DNA of 64,000 nt from Vicugna vicugna. Taxonomy: Eukaryota. Positions 63,315 to 64,000 of this stretch are shown piece after piece. The stretch spans positions 10,314,184 to 10,378,183 of the forward strand of contig MU058844.1 in NCBI GenBank assembly GCA_013265495.1. Direction: 5' to 3'. The translations under genes were made by a program, and so were the position numbers. Within the stretch, counting starts at the first letter, position 1. Each line of letters opens with the position of its first letter. Under the pieces are notes generated by a model. It was not told the origin of the DNA. It saw only the letters and a program-made list of their open reading frames with translations, and ran no database searches.

Positions 63315-63846
63315 ACAATAGCGAAGAAATGGAAACAACCTAAATGTCCATCAACAGATGACTGCATAAAGAAGTTGTGGTATAGTTATACAATGAAATA
63401 CTATTCAACCATAAAAATAATAAAATAATGTCATTTGCAGTAACATGGATGGACCTGGAGAATGTCATTCTAAGTGAAATAAGCCAGAAAGAGAAAGAAA
63501 AATACCATATGATATCATTCGTATGTGGAATCTAAAAAAAAAGACAAACTTATTTACAAAACAGAAACAGACTCACAGACATAGAAAACAAACTTATGGT
63601 TGCCAGTGAGGAAGGGGATGGGAAGGGATAAATTGGGAGTTCAAGATTTACAGATACTAACTACTATATATAAAATAAATAAACAAGTTTATACTGTAAA
63701 GCACAGGGAACTATATTCAATATTTTGTAGTAACATGGTTAAAAAGAACATGAAAATGAATATATGTATGTTCCTATATAAGTGAAGTATTGTGCTGTAC
63801 ACCACAAATTGACACAACATTGTAAACTGACTATACTCCAATAAAA
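63315..63846 (+). mobile_element. 5'-truncated, relatively young L1 3' end
   Basis: acaatagcgaagaaatggaaacaacctaaatgtccatcaacagatga...catggatggacctggag...acattgtaaactgactatactccaataaaa; imperfect TSD ct(g/a)ctgatttaa. Confidence 0.88.
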
Positions 63847-64000
63847 ATATTTTTTTAAAAAATCTACTGATTTAAAGAATGACCTGAGGAAAGCAGAAGC
63901 TTCTGAAGGTGACAGAGAATTAATAGCCGGAGGCACAAGTGACAAACATGGAGAGGTGAGTATTCCAGGGGCAACAGGAATGGTGGGAAAGGTCTCCTGT

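Noticed and set aside
31600..64000. A second protein-coding gene or promoter CpG island (e.g. the PAWR 5' end)
   Set aside because: No CpG island, exon chain or recognisable peptide found; the region reads as intergenic.

Overview
AT-rich, CpG-poor mammalian genomic DNA, most likely a camelid (inferred from the tRNA-derived SINE family; no Alu, B1, Bov-tA or PRE-1 elements were recognised). Bases 1 to ~31.3 kb hold the 3' half of PPP1R12A (MYPT1, myosin phosphatase targeting subunit 1) on the + strand. I reconstructed 11 canonical coding exons with GT-AG boundaries and consistent phases (E15-E23, E25 and E26, numbered back from the conventional E24), the 31-nt smooth-muscle switch exon E24, and a ~2.1-2.4 kb 3'UTR. 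The rest (~31.5-64 kb) is intergenic and dominated by old L1, L2, MIR, DNA-transposon and MaLR fragments, with one strong CTCF motif. The most interesting observation is an intact extra in-frame exon (27133-27267) between E25 and E26. It encodes a second leucine-zipper-like C-terminus that parallels E26 and resembles the alternative C-terminus of the paralog PPP1R12B/MYPT2, suggesting a three-way C-terminal switch. Also notable are a possible 13-nt short form of E24, a 17-nt obligate microexon, and a small TSD-flanked, A-tailed retrocopy of an LTR-like sequence. Most ORFs in the supplied track are spurious or retroelement remnants. Repeat family names and comparisons to human proteins are from recall, not from a search.
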